From positions 1 through 64,000 of the IMG/VR virus record IMGVR_UViG_3300037631_006629: a DNA stretch of 64,000 nt; one strand, 5' to 3'. The position numbers and the translations under genes were made by a program. Of this stretch, positions 20,519-30,545 are shown piece by piece. The number at the start of each line of letters is the position of its first letter. Positions within the stretch are counted from its first letter, which is position 1. Source of the stretch: an uncultured virus (IMG/VR IMGVR_UViG_3300037631_006629). Taxonomy: Duplodnaviria; Heunggongvirae; Uroviricota; Caudoviricetes. Under the pieces are notes generated by a model. That model did not search any database. It worked only from the letters and a program-made list of their open reading frames with translations, and was not told where the DNA came from.

Positions 20519-20929
20519 ATGAAAATAGATTTAGCAAATATAAAAGATTTAGCAAAAAACCTTTTGTTTGAAAATAATATAAATGAGCTCAGGCTTCCTC
20601 TAGACCATGACATGGATGCGGGTAAAAATAATAGAACTTCTGCTAAGGATCAACCTGGGCCTCAAATAGATGGTGAAGGTAATTATGAAAAGTCATACGA
20701 AGACTTAGAAGATGAGTTACCATTAGTACCATCAGATATTATGCCTGTCTTCTATGATGAAAAACTATCAGTTAATGCATTAGATGACGAAGAATATATA
20801 CCACAAAACACTTCAGAGCTCATGCGAGCATCTAATACGCTTATAGATAGAAATAAAGAAGAATTAAGTAGCAAAGAAATAGAGCTAGCATGGAAAACTT
20901 TAGTTAAAATTATTAAGAAAGCGAACTAG
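20519..20929 (+). CDS. Hypothetical protein with packaging-type leader
   Basis: IKDLAKNLLFENNINE. Confidence 0.65.
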   Translation: MKIDLANIKDLAKNLLFENNINELRLPLDHDMDAGKNNRTSAKDQPGPQIDGEGNYEKSYEDLEDELPLVPSDIMPVFYDEKLSVNALDDEEYIPQNTSELMRASNTLIDRNKEELSSKEIELAWKTLVKIIKKAN

Positions 20930-20934
20930 CAAAA

Positions 20935-23900
20935 ATGTCAAATAAAAAACTAACGAAAAGGGTTATGACCCTTATTGAAAACAAAAACAAAGACTTTAAA
21001 GAAAAATTTTATCTTTTGTCTTATTTAGCGAATACTGATATAAAATCAGATGAAAGATTAATGTCTGAGGCAGATTGTTACATTAATACTCTAGTCAATA
21101 CAGACGGAGTCAAGCCAGATATCAAACATGTACATAACTTATTAAAAGAGTCTATTAAGATAAAAGAAGGAGCTAAGTACAAAAAAGAATTTGAATGTGT
21201 TAAAGATCTTTGTCGTTTAATTAACATAGAAAAGCTTTCTTCGGAAGAAAGCTTTATTTTTGAAGAATTAAATAGTATTAGTAACTTAACTGACTTTAAG
21301 TTAAACAACAAATTAAAAAATATATTTTTAAAGTCTGTTAATAACAATACGCCTCTTTTAATCAGTGAAGCAATTAAAACAGTAGATGCAGACGATTTAT
21401 TAGACAATTTTTATGGTGATAAAAAAGTTTCAAAGCCCAATACAGGAAGATATGCTGACTTGGACTTAGACGTCTTAGATGACAATGAAGCTTATAGCGA
21501 CGAAGCTGTTCAAGATGATGATGAAGCTGTTCAAGATGATGATGACTTTGACAAAAAAGTTAATGCTAGAGAATTAAATCGAAGACAAAAAGAAGTCTTG
21601 TTAAGATATGACTGGCTGCTTAAAAGAAAAAATATTCCTTTTATTGCAAGTAAACTAAACATATATCTTCCTAAGCAAATTAAAAAGAAAGGTGTTAGTA
21701 TTCCTCCTCCAGAAAATTTAGAAAATATTCCTGCAATTGACAAGCTTGCAATTGTTGCAAAATACAAGTTGATTGTTGAACAAAGTGCTACAGTTAAAGC
21801 ATTAAGAAAATTTGAAATTATAAATCAGATATACTACTATCTTAATATTCAAAAAAGATTTTTAGATAGTGACATGGCACAAATAATGTCTGTAGGAGAG
21901 AAAGACTTAACAAAAAATAGAAAATCAAGATTTTCTTCTTCACCATCGAGGCTTACTGATGATGAAAAAAGAGAAGTTAAAGCAGAGCTTGATAAATTAA
22001 TTTCAAAAATAAACTTAGATAATGCGTCTACTTTAGACTCTGATACTGTATCTGAAAGCGAGCTTATTTCTATACTTAAAAAGTCTGTAGGAGTACAGAA
22101 AGATGCTGCTGTTAGCTTTTTGTCTTATTTAAATAATGCATATCCGCTATCAGGCAATAAACAAAACAGTCAAGAAGTAATGTCAGATGAAGAGTATGAA
22201 GAATATCTAAGAGGAAACAGAGAATTAGACGCAAAAGAAGCACTAGAAGATGATGAAGAGTTTAGAAATGATTTAGTTGATGCTGAGTCTGGCGAACCTC
22301 TTTATGCAAGTGTAGAAACTGCAGCTAAAATTGCAAGCTCTTATAAGAAAGAAAATGATTTTGAAGAAGTAGAAGTTGAAGCAGCTGATGCTATACAACT
22401 TATGTCGCAAAAGTCACAAAGCTTAATGAAAATACAGGAGCTTGAAACTAAAGCTAAAGCAAGAAAAAAGCTTGTAAGATCTTCTAACGAAGAAAAGCAG
22501 AAGTTTATTGCAGAACTTTCAGCTTCAATGACTCGTAGCCAAGTAGAAGCTGAAAAGCAGAAGCCAGGATGGCAAACAAGAATGTACTTATCTGAGTTAG
22601 ATAGAGCTGAATTTGATGATGCAATTGAAAAATATTCAGTTCTTGTTGGGACTAAATTAATTGTTATTCCAGATCGATCAAAAAAAGAAGTACATGATGA
22701 AATATTACATGCAATAGATAAACCTCAAGGCGCAAACAAATTAAATCCTACAACAGGAAAGATTGAATCTTCTACTTGGAACGAATTTTTTGACAAGTAC
22801 TTAGACTATGATCCAGAAAATCCAACTAGTAATGCAGACATTGCTAGATTAAGTCAAGGTCAGTGGAGAGATACAGGTGGTGTTAGACAAAGTGTAGGGA
22901 AATCTTTTGCTAAATCTTTATTTTATACTTCAAACATCAAAGTTAAATCAGAAATATACGCTGAACTTGGTAAGAAGTATATTGATATTGCTAGAAAATT
23001 AGGTCTAGTTGAATTTGATATATCTTCTGTAGGTGAAGATACTTCGAGCATAGAAACTAAAGGTGACATTGTATCTTTTAAAAGATTAGAAGAACTAATT
23101 ACTCGAGAAGATGTTTTTGAAGAGTATTTTACTAGTGGATTATCAAATGAAGAAGATGAAGAAACGCTAGATTATCTTACAACAAAAATTTCTTCTTTTA
23201 GAATATTTTGTAATGAATATCTAGATTACTTTTATTCTAACTTTATATGGAATAAATGTGAAGTTAAAATTGCCTTAGCAATAAAAAAATATTTTTCTAC
23301 AAAGTATCCTGGCTCAAATATTGGTAAAAGCTTAGATGATAATACAAAAACTTGGCGTGGAAGCAAAGTAGATCAAGAGCACGGTAGGATGTTATTTGAT
23401 ACAATCATTAACTGGACAATGGGAAGATCAGGAATAAAAGATTCAGGCAACGTGATCTCTAATCCTAAAATGGAGCTTGATCAAAGAAAAAATGCTTTTA
23501 TAAATGGCCAAGGAAAATTTAAGTCTCTTGCAGAAAAAGTATCTTCATTTAACTCAATGTCTTATGCAAACAAGATACAAAACTTTGATCCAGAACATTT
23601 AATGTATGATTGTTTAAATGATACTTCTAAAGTATCAGCTCCATATCCTATTATAGGAGCAGCATTTAAAAACTGCAGCGAGTTAAATGCTGATGATAGG
23701 TCTTTGTTTTTAAATTATATATCTAAGCAAAAGTCTTCTAGCCTCGAGACAACTTTTATTGAGTCACTTATGAAACAAGAATATTATGATGCTGCTCTTA
23801 ATAATCCAAATAGTCCGTTAGGAAATCCAGCTGAAATTCAAGGAATAGAGACAGGCTCTGGCTCTGAATCTCCTGCTGACTCAGGCATGCCTTTAAGCAC

Positions 23901-24234
23901 AAAAGGTGCACCATATTTTAGAAAACATTGGCGTGAAGCAATTAAAAGCAGCTTAAAAGATTTAGCAGCTCGTGCAGATAAAGAAGCTAAAGAAAGAGAA
24001 GTAAAAATTAGTCAGTCTAGAAATTATGATTTCTTAGAAGACGAAGAGCTAATGCTTACAGACTATCAAGTTATTTATGACGGAAAGTTAGCTGAAATAA
24101 GTACTATTGACATTGAAAATCAAAAAGCAAAGGTTATTATTGATGTTCTAGACTCAAAAGGAAATGTTATAGATGTTAAAACAGTAACAGCAGATTTTTC
24201 TGAATTGCGTCATGCTGATTTAATGAGAAAGTAA
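20935..24234 (+). CDS. 1099-aa protein with LxE motifs, possible HTH and C-terminal KOW/NusG-like domain
   Basis: Long ORF; LIEN, LLKES, LLISE; see findings. Confidence 0.6.
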   Translation: MSNKKLTKRVMTLIENKNKDFKEKFYLLSYLANTDIKSDERLMSEADCYINTLVNTDGVKPDIKHVHNLLKESIKIKEGAKYKKEFECVKDLCRLINIEKLSSEESFIFEELNSISNLTDFKLNNKLKNIFLKSVNNNTPLLISEAIKTVDADDLLDNFYGDKKVSKPNTGRYADLDLDVLDDNEAYSDEAVQDDDEAVQDDDDFDKKVNARELNRRQKEVLLRYDWLLKRKNIPFIASKLNIYLPKQIKKKGVSIPPPENLENIPAIDKLAIVAKYKLIVEQSATVKALRKFEIINQIYYYLNIQKRFLDSDMAQIMSVGEKDLTKNRKSRFSSSPSRLTDDEKREVKAELDKLISKINLDNASTLDSDTVSESELISILKKSVGVQKDAAVSFLSYLNNAYPLSGNKQNSQEVMSDEEYEEYLRGNRELDAKEALEDDEEFRNDLVDAESGEPLYASVETAAKIASSYKKENDFEEVEVEAADAIQLMSQKSQSLMKIQELETKAKARKKLVRSSNEEKQKFIAELSASMTRSQVEAEKQKPGWQTRMYLSELDRAEFDDAIEKYSVLVGTKLIVIPDRSKKEVHDEILHAIDKPQGANKLNPTTGKIESSTWNEFFDKYLDYDPENPTSNADIARLSQGQWRDTGGVRQSVGKSFAKSLFYTSNIKVKSEIYAELGKKYIDIARKLGLVEFDISSVGEDTSSIETKGDIVSFKRLEELITREDVFEEYFTSGLSNEEDEETLDYLTTKISSFRIFCNEYLDYFYSNFIWNKCEVKIALAIKKYFSTKYPGSNIGKSLDDNTKTWRGSKVDQEHGRMLFDTIINWTMGRSGIKDSGNVISNPKMELDQRKNAFINGQGKFKSLAEKVSSFNSMSYANKIQNFDPEHLMYDCLNDTSKVSAPYPIIGAAFKNCSELNADDRSLFLNYISKQKSSSLETTFIESLMKQEYYDAALNNPNSPLGNPAEIQGIETGSGSESPADSGMPLSTKGAPYFRKHWREAIKSSLKDLAARADKEAKEREVKISQSRNYDFLEDEELMLTDYQVIYDGKLAEISTIDIENQKAKVIIDVLDSKGNVIDVKTVTADFSELRHADLMRK

Positions 24235-24236
24235 AA

Positions 24237-24599
24237 ATGATGTTGCAAAACTTAATGGAAAACTACTTAAATAGCAGTACTAAATCAGTAATGCCAGTTT
24301 CAGACATTGAAACCAGTATGCCAGTCATACCTAAAAATCCACAGTGGATTATAGGAAAAAACAAAATCCAGAAAGCTTATAAGTTCGACACTAGAAAGCA
24401 AAAAGAAGCTTTTGTTTTAGAGCTTGTCAAGTATTGTAGAGAAACTGAAGCTGATGTTGAGTTTAGAATTAGAAAAAACAAAGTAGGTGTAATATTACAT
24501 GCTACTTCACCACAAGTTTCTGAAATTGAATTTGAAGCAAAAGTTGAAATTGACAAGATAAGAAAAGACGTAGTATACTACTTTGCAAAGAAAGATTAA
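24237..24599 (+). CDS. Pterin-4a-carbinolamine dehydratase (PhhB/DCoH)-fold protein, degenerate
   Basis: W...IQKAYKF...AFV..L...C....V.F.I...KV.V.LH...VSE.E..A..ID; HHP motif absent. Confidence 0.6.
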   Translation: MMLQNLMENYLNSSTKSVMPVSDIETSMPVIPKNPQWIIGKNKIQKAYKFDTRKQKEAFVLELVKYCRETEADVEFRIRKNKVGVILHATSPQVSEIEFEAKVEIDKIRKDVVYYFAKKD

Positions 24600-24601
24600 A
24601 A

Positions 24602-25000
24602 ATGAAAGAAGAGTTAGACGAGATTTTGTCAAATCAGCTTAAAAAAGAAAATGTATTTATTTCAAAAGAGTTAGATCAATTACTTTCTTCAAACAAACAA
24701 AATCAGTTTAATTCTTCATTTTGGTTTAACGCTGTTTTTAATGAATTTGAAGTTTCATTTGAATATATTAGCTATAAAAAAAGCAAAAACAGAGAAACAA
24801 TAAAAGGTCTTTGCAGCTGTGAAGGTGTTTATAAAATCTTAGACAATAAAAATACAAAAAATATATTTCTTATGTTTAAGGATAAAGTCATAAAAAAAAT
24901 AAGTGCAGAAAACATTAGTGACATGTCAGTTAAATATAAAAGTGAAAATAGTTATATTATTAAGTATAAAATAAAAAAAGGAGATAAAAATGGAATTTAA
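24602..25000 (+). CDS. Hypothetical protein
   Basis: ORF tightly packed in operon. Confidence 0.6.
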   Translation: MKEELDEILSNQLKKENVFISKELDQLLSSNKQNQFNSSFWFNAVFNEFEVSFEYISYKKSKNRETIKGLCSCEGVYKILDNKNTKNIFLMFKDKVIKKISAENISDMSVKYKSENSYIIKYKIKKGDKNGI

Positions 25001-25157
25001 GTTTGATAAATTTGTCGATGATCTAGAGAGAAGAGAGTTAAACAACAAAAAGTCTAGAGAAATAAACAGAGAAATTGCAAATCTAGATGAGTTAAGAAGA
25101 AAAAGGTCTGAGCTTTATCATGAAAAATGGCAAAATAGAATAAAGTGGGAGAAATAA
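24990..25157 (+). CDS. Small hypothetical protein (55 aa)
   Basis: Not in track; AAGGAG SD, MEFKFDKFVDDLERRE...WQNRIKWEK, fills gap exactly. Confidence 0.7.
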   Translation: MEFKFDKFVDDLERRELNNKKSREINREIANLDELRRKRSELYHEKWQNRIKWEK

Positions 25158-25158
25158 C

Positions 25159-25857
25159 ATGAAGTCTAACAAAGAAAAAGCTAGTAGTTTTGATTTGTTT
25201 TCACTTTTAGAAAGTACAATATATGAAGATACTGAAGTTTCTTGGGAGAAAGAAAGAAGCAATGCTGAAAAGTTTGTAAAAAAAGCTTCTATCGATGGTT
25301 TCGAAGCATCAAAGCCTAAAAAAAAGAAAAAGAAGAAAAGCTTAAACCAAAACAATAAAAAAGAAGAATTCGATATTATTGATGACGAAGAAGAAGAAAA
25401 TGACGAAGATCAAAGTAATGAAAAAGAAGAGCCTACAACAATAAACCTTTCTGATGCAGTTAGTTACGAAAAGTTAGTAGATGAACTTAACATGTTTAGA
25501 GCAGCTCATTCTTTTTCTGACAAGGAAATTGCTATAGAACTTAAAGATTACTTTAATAGCCTAACAAAAGAAGAAAAACAAGTTTTACATGTATTAATTA
25601 AAGGGTTAATACATGTTACATTGATGGATGTAAAAGGAAAATCTGCAAAAACACCTTCAGACTTTAGTTTTAACATAACGAAGTCTGGTGCAACTAGTAA
25701 AGAAAAGAAAAAGTCTTTAGACAATAAAATTTCTTCAGAAAAGCAAGGTAAAAAAGTAGACAATAATACTCCTATTACAATTAAAAACCCAATTAAAATT
25801 GGTGAAAGTGCTCAAAACAAAAATGATGTTTTAAAAGTTTTATATAGCAACAAATGA
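25159..25857 (+). CDS. Hypothetical protein with LxE motifs
   Basis: LFSLLES; C-terminal IKIGES. Confidence 0.65.
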   Translation: MKSNKEKASSFDLFSLLESTIYEDTEVSWEKERSNAEKFVKKASIDGFEASKPKKKKKKKSLNQNNKKEEFDIIDDEEEENDEDQSNEKEEPTTINLSDAVSYEKLVDELNMFRAAHSFSDKEIAIELKDYFNSLTKEEKQVLHVLIKGLIHVTLMDVKGKSAKTPSDFSFNITKSGATSKEKKKSLDNKISSEKQGKKVDNNTPITIKNPIKIGESAQNKNDVLKVLYSNK

Positions 25858-26675
25858 ATTCGTACTATAGCTACTCTTTTGATTTAAAAAGCATAAACTC
25901 TATTAATGAATACTTGTTTATATTAAAAAACTGCTTAAGACTAGCTTCTAAAAACAAGCTTTACAACAATACTTTCAATAAAAGAATACATATAAGCTAC
26001 TGCAATGTCACAAATAAATATTATTATAAAGTTAATAATAGCAATATAAAAACAGATATTTCTTGTGATTTAAGTATTGTCTATAGCTTTAATTTAAAAA
26101 AGCAATTAGACGTTTTAAAGTTGAACAAATACTCAAATAGAACTATAGAATTTGAAATAGACAAAGACAACAAACTATACCCAATAACGCTGTATAATAG
26201 TAATACTAAAAAAATAATATTAGCATACTCAGACTTATTTTCTTATTTTGTTAATGTAAATAATAGTATAAGAAAATTGAATTTACAAATAAATATTGAA
26301 AATTACCAAAAATTATATTACAAATTTATAGAGTATATAGAAAATATAAAAATTCTAAAAGACATCAACTCAATTAAATATACTAACTTGACAAAAAAAA
26401 GTTCTGATGTGAGAATGGATTATCTAGATTTTGATAAAGCATACAAGATGAAACTGTTTCCTTTAAAAAAGCACAGATTTTATTACACTGTTTTTTTAAT
26501 ATCTATTGAATTTAATAATTTTTTAAGAGACAATCTTGATATTCCTGTTAGCAACTTTTGTATATTTGACAACAGTATAGGGAAAATTATTAAGTTTCCT
26601 TGCTCTTTTTATAACAATGTTTATAAAGAAAATACAAAAAAACATTTGCCACCTTTGCTACCTGTGAGATTTTAA
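25854..26675 (+). CDS. Hypothetical protein
   Basis: ORF overlapping both neighbours; extremely AT-rich. Confidence 0.6.
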   Translation: MNSYYSYSFDLKSINSINEYLFILKNCLRLASKNKLYNNTFNKRIHISYCNVTNKYYYKVNNSNIKTDISCDLSIVYSFNLKKQLDVLKLNKYSNRTIEFEIDKDNKLYPITLYNSNTKKIILAYSDLFSYFVNVNNSIRKLNLQINIENYQKLYYKFIEYIENIKILKDINSIKYTNLTKKSSDVRMDYLDFDKAYKMKLFPLKKHRFYYTVFLISIEFNNFLRDNLDIPVSNFCIFDNSIGKIIKFPCSFYNNVYKENTKKHLPPLLPVRF

Positions 26676-26926
26676 TGACAAAAGAAGAATTTTTTAAAGT
26701 AAAAGAGCTTCTCGATGAAATCGGAGAGTATTATAAAGACAATGACTGGTTAATAGTTAAGAAATATATTTTAAGATATTTAAATCCGACAATAAGAAAA
26801 TATTTTTCTACTAGAGACTTAAAGTCTAAAAAGCATAAAATTAATAGCTTTGATCAAAAAGCTATAGACTATTATTACCAAAAATTCAATGTAAAGTTGG
26901 TGTTAGATGATTCAAAAAAATTATAA
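26675..26926 (+). CDS. Hypothetical protein
   Basis: TAATG coupling to upstream gene. Confidence 0.6.
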   Translation: MTKEEFFKVKELLDEIGEYYKDNDWLIVKKYILRYLNPTIRKYFSTRDLKSKKHKINSFDQKAIDYYYQKFNVKLVLDDSKKL

Positions 26927-28766
26927 ACTTCAAATTTCAGATAATAAAACAATTATTAAAGAAGTCCAAGGTGGAAGTCCCTATGCGCAAACAGCAATGA
27001 AAGGAGCAGGCCAATTAACTATAAGTGCAGGTGAAGCTTTAAAAATGACGGGTGCTTTTCTTAAAAGGTCTTGGGGCGCAACTTTTGGTTATATGTTTAC
27101 AGTATATCAAAGTGTTAGAAGCCATGGAGTTATAAGAGGCTTGGCTGTTGCAAATAAACAATTTACTTCTAAAGATAAACAGATAAAAAACGAAATGAAA
27201 AGTTTAATAAAAGCTCAACCTGGAGCAAAAGATGCTGAGCTTTTTATAGGAATGACATGTCCTGCCGCAAGAGCTTTTGATGTTTTTGTAGATAAAGATT
27301 TTAAACAAATCAATCTTCCCGGAAATACTGGCAAAGGTTCACGTGAAAGAGATAGAGAAAAATATAAAGCTTTTTACAACTTTGTTATGATAGTATCACA
27401 TATTTCACATGGTACTAAATTGAAAGATTTCGAAGAAAACAATAAAAGACTGACTAGAAAACAAAGAGAAAAAAGTATAAAGAAAAAATATAAAGTTGAC
27501 AAAGAAGCTCTGAAAAATTTACAAACAGAAAAGTTTGTTGATGTTTGTAAAGCAATAACTTTTTTACATAAGCCTAATAGAAATTTAAGAAAAATTTTTA
27601 AAAAAAATGATGTTAGCTACCCAACTTTAAATACTTTACAAAATGGTTTTGTAAAATTTATGTTAAGCAATCAAGATAAAAACAAGTGTTTAAAATTCAT
27701 ATCAGAAGGAGAATTAGAAAGCACAGTTGTGTCTTTGTCTAATTTACTATCTCTTGATGACTCAATAAAATGTGTTAAATACATACTAAAAAACGAAAAT
27801 CTATCAGATAGTGCTGATGATGAAGGGGAAGAGGAAGAGAGACTTAACTCAGGTTTTAGTCTTTTATTGAAAAAAAATAAAACTATAATCAAAGAAGCTG
27901 AAGAGGAAGAGGAAGAGGACGTAAGTAGTGAAAAAGTTAAAGATTTAAAGTCAGGAATGGCACTTTCTTTTGCAACTTTTTATATAATGAGATCATCAAT
28001 ACTTTCTATATTATCTGACATTACTGTTTCTGTGTCTATAGCAATTAATACAGCAACTGATGTTGTTTTTAATAGTATACTTAGCGAAAAAAATGACATA
28101 AACATTTCAGAAAGTAAAAATATTCTATTAGAAAACAAAGAAAACTCAGCTGAGTTAAGTGGTAAAATTGAAAAAGTTAACAAGCAAATTGATTTATTTA
28201 ATAGACAATTTGAGTACTCAATTGAAAAAATTGATATAGGTATACTGAAGGATCTTCAAGGTTTTGCATCAAAAATAACAAAAGAAGTTGAAAAATCAGA
28301 GGCTGAGTTAGATTCTAAATTAAAAGATGATAAAGAAAAAAAAGTTGCTAGATCAACTGGGATAATTGAAATTTTAGAAAAAATAAAATCTTCTGCTTCA
28401 GAGATAAATTTGTCTTCTGAGATATCTGTATCAATAAACAATGCAAAAAAAATAATAGAAGAAGACATGATGGACTTAGATGAAATTTTAATTTTAGTTG
28501 GAAAAAACAAAAACAAACTATCAGACGTAGGTCTAAGCGAGAATTCAATAGCTAAAATAAAAAATACAATTGACAAAGCAACAAAAGACATTAATGACTT
28601 AAATGACATTGAAAATAAAATAACTAGTTATACAGATAGAATAGAACAGTTAAAATCTAGTTTAGATGAAGATATAAATAGTTTAGATGAAGAAAAAAGC
28701 AAAGAAACAGACACAGAAACTATAGAAATACCCAAGGAAAAACTAGACATTGAAAAGGAGAAATGA
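26907..28766 (+). CDS. Hypothetical helical protein with duplicated NKTIIKE motif
   Basis: DNKTIIKEV at N-terminus and KNKTIIKEA mid-protein; coiled-coil C-terminal half. Confidence 0.65.
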   Translation: MIQKNYKLQISDNKTIIKEVQGGSPYAQTAMKGAGQLTISAGEALKMTGAFLKRSWGATFGYMFTVYQSVRSHGVIRGLAVANKQFTSKDKQIKNEMKSLIKAQPGAKDAELFIGMTCPAARAFDVFVDKDFKQINLPGNTGKGSRERDREKYKAFYNFVMIVSHISHGTKLKDFEENNKRLTRKQREKSIKKKYKVDKEALKNLQTEKFVDVCKAITFLHKPNRNLRKIFKKNDVSYPTLNTLQNGFVKFMLSNQDKNKCLKFISEGELESTVVSLSNLLSLDDSIKCVKYILKNENLSDSADDEGEEEERLNSGFSLLLKKNKTIIKEAEEEEEEDVSSEKVKDLKSGMALSFATFYIMRSSILSILSDITVSVSIAINTATDVVFNSILSEKNDINISESKNILLENKENSAELSGKIEKVNKQIDLFNRQFEYSIEKIDIGILKDLQGFASKITKEVEKSEAELDSKLKDDKEKKVARSTGIIEILEKIKSSASEINLSSEISVSINNAKKIIEEDMMDLDEILILVGKNKNKLSDVGLSENSIAKIKNTIDKATKDINDLNDIENKITSYTDRIEQLKSSLDEDINSLDEEKSKETDTETIEIPKEKLDIEKEK

Positions 28767-29035
28767 AATTGGACAAGTGGATTCCAGAGATATTTTACGA
28801 AGAAGACAATAAAGGTTTAACAGGCGGACTTCCTTTTATTAACGTGCCAAAAGATAGATCAATGCCCTCATGCATGTTTATATGTGAAGTCAGACCTGTT
28901 TATGAAGAAGACAATGAAATAGAAAAAGAAGTTATCGCTCATTCTTTAGCTAATATGTCTGTATTAAAACAAAAGCTAGACCAAGAAACTTACAACAAAG
29001 TAAGAACTGCAATAGGTTTACAGCCTATAAAATAA
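28763..29035 (+). CDS. Hypothetical protein
   Basis: ATGA overlap, AAGGAG SD. Confidence 0.7.
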   Translation: MKLDKWIPEIFYEEDNKGLTGGLPFINVPKDRSMPSCMFICEVRPVYEEDNEIEKEVIAHSLANMSVLKQKLDQETYNKVRTAIGLQPIK

Positions 29036-29037
29036 AA

Positions 29038-29065
29038 TTGTACAAATAAAATATTTTAATATAAT
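29038..29065 (+). promoter_or_regulatory. Probable sigma70-type promoter
   Basis: TTGTAC-N16-TATAAT at the transition from the leader-bearing block to enzyme genes. Confidence 0.45.
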
Positions 29066-29085
29066 AATATTAAAAGAGAGATTTT

Positions 29086-29538
29086 ATGTACGAAGTAGGC
29101 CAGTTAATATATACAATAATAGAAGAGAGACATAAAGTAATGCCTCTCAAAATATCAGAGCAAGTTACAACAAAAACGTTGGAAGGCGAAAAAACTGTAT
29201 ACAAAGCAGAACTGCCAGGAAATAAAAAAAAAGTTATATTAAGTAAACTGACAAATGTTTGGACAGATTTAGAAGATGTTAAAAAGCATATGCTAAAAAA
29301 CGCTAGTATTGCAATTGACAACATGCTTATTGAAACTGACGACATTAGAAAAAAATATTTTTTGGATCAAGAGTTAGTTGATGCGTGTAAAGAAGATTTA
29401 AGTCATGATATAATTGATAGTGACGTTGATGATGATTTAACTCTTAAAGTTGATCTAGGCGATGGACAAATTGGAAACTTAACAATCAACAACCAAGAAT
29501 TGGATCAAAAAAAAAATGAAGAAAATATTACTTCTTGA
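29086..29538 (+). CDS. Hypothetical protein (SH3-like N-terminus)
   Basis: MYEVGQLIY start pattern. Confidence 0.65.
   Translation: MYEVGQLIYTIIEERHKVMPLKISEQVTTKTLEGEKTVYKAELPGNKKKVILSKLTNVWTDLEDVKKHMLKNASIAIDNMLIETDDIRKKYFLDQELVDACKEDLSHDIIDSDVDDDLTLKVDLGDGQIGNLTINNQELDQKKNEENITS
29385..29414 (+). promoter_or_regulatory. Intragenic promoter upstream of 5'-3' exonuclease
   Basis: GC-GTGTAA-N18-TATAAT. Confidence 0.55.
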
Positions 29539-30331
29539 TGGTTATAACTTAATCTACAGAGCTAGATATAGCGGTATGAACAAAGGTGATCATTCTACAA
29601 TATTTAATTTTTTTAGAGGTCTAAGACCTTTAATAGAGAAGTTTGATCCTGACATGGCCTATTTGGTTCTAGAAGGTGCGCCTAAGAAGAGACTTGAAGT
29701 TCAACCTGACTACAAAGGACAGAGAACTTACAATGACAAAGATAATTTTTCTTTGCAAAGAAAAACAATTATTTCTTTGCTTACAAATTACTTTCCAATA
29801 CAATTAGTAAAGCATGACGATTATGAATGTGATGATATAATTGGACACATTGCTGATGTTAACGATAAAAAAAATAATGAAGTAACAATCATATCATCAG
29901 ACACAGACTTTATGCAATGTATAAGTAAAAACGTATCTCTTTATAATCCTGTTAGAAAAAAGTACATAGAAAAACCTGATTATGACTATGTTCTTTGGAA
30001 ATCTTTAAAAGGTGACGCTTCTGATAACATTATAGGCTTTAAAGGCATAGGTGATAAAAGAGCAAGAAAGCTATGTGAAAACAAAGATGAATTAGAAAAT
30101 TTTCTTCTAACTGAAGGTTATAAAGACAAGTTAGAAGAAAATGTTTTTATGATTAAACTCCATACATTAGAAAGTGATGCAGAAAATATTAAATATTTTG
30201 ACATGCCAAAATCACATATGTGGGAAGAATTAAAAAGTGTATTTGAGCAATATGACTTTAAGTCAATGATTTCAAAAGAAAAAACTTGGCAAAAATACAC
30301 AAACACATTTGATAAATTATTCGAGAGGTAG
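29516..30331 (+). CDS. 5'-3' exonuclease / flap endonuclease (PolA N-terminal-like)
   Basis: LLDGYNLIYRA, YKGQR, YECDDII, SSDTDF, GDASDNIIG. Confidence 0.92.
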   Translation: MKKILLLDGYNLIYRARYSGMNKGDHSTIFNFFRGLRPLIEKFDPDMAYLVLEGAPKKRLEVQPDYKGQRTYNDKDNFSLQRKTIISLLTNYFPIQLVKHDDYECDDIIGHIADVNDKKNNEVTIISSDTDFMQCISKNVSLYNPVRKKYIEKPDYDYVLWKSLKGDASDNIIGFKGIGDKRARKLCENKDELENFLLTEGYKDKLEENVFMIKLHTLESDAENIKYFDMPKSHMWEELKSVFEQYDFKSMISKEKTWQKYTNTFDKLFER

Positions 30332-30334
30332 AAA

Positions 30335-30544
30335 ATGATATATTCAGATACAACACAAAAAGTGTTAAGAGAAAACAATTTAATTACTGAAGCTGAGATT
30401 GCACTACAATCAGGCGACTTAATTTTAGCAGAAAACGTTTTAACAAAAGAGAGAAGAATGCTAAACAAAGAAACTGTTTCAAGGTTTATTAGTACAACAA
30501 ACATTTCAGAATCAACAACAAAAACACAGTTGCTAAAGGGGTAA
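30335..30544 (+). CDS. Small hypothetical protein
   Basis: GAGG SD; fills gap before groEL; no GroES signature. Confidence 0.65.
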   Translation: MIYSDTTQKVLRENNLITEAEIALQSGDLILAENVLTKERRMLNKETVSRFISTTNISESTTKTQLLKG

Positions 30545-30545
30545 A

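Noticed and set aside
30335..30544. GroES
   Set aside because: The position fits, but it is too short and lacks the PLxDRV and mobile-loop GGI motifs.
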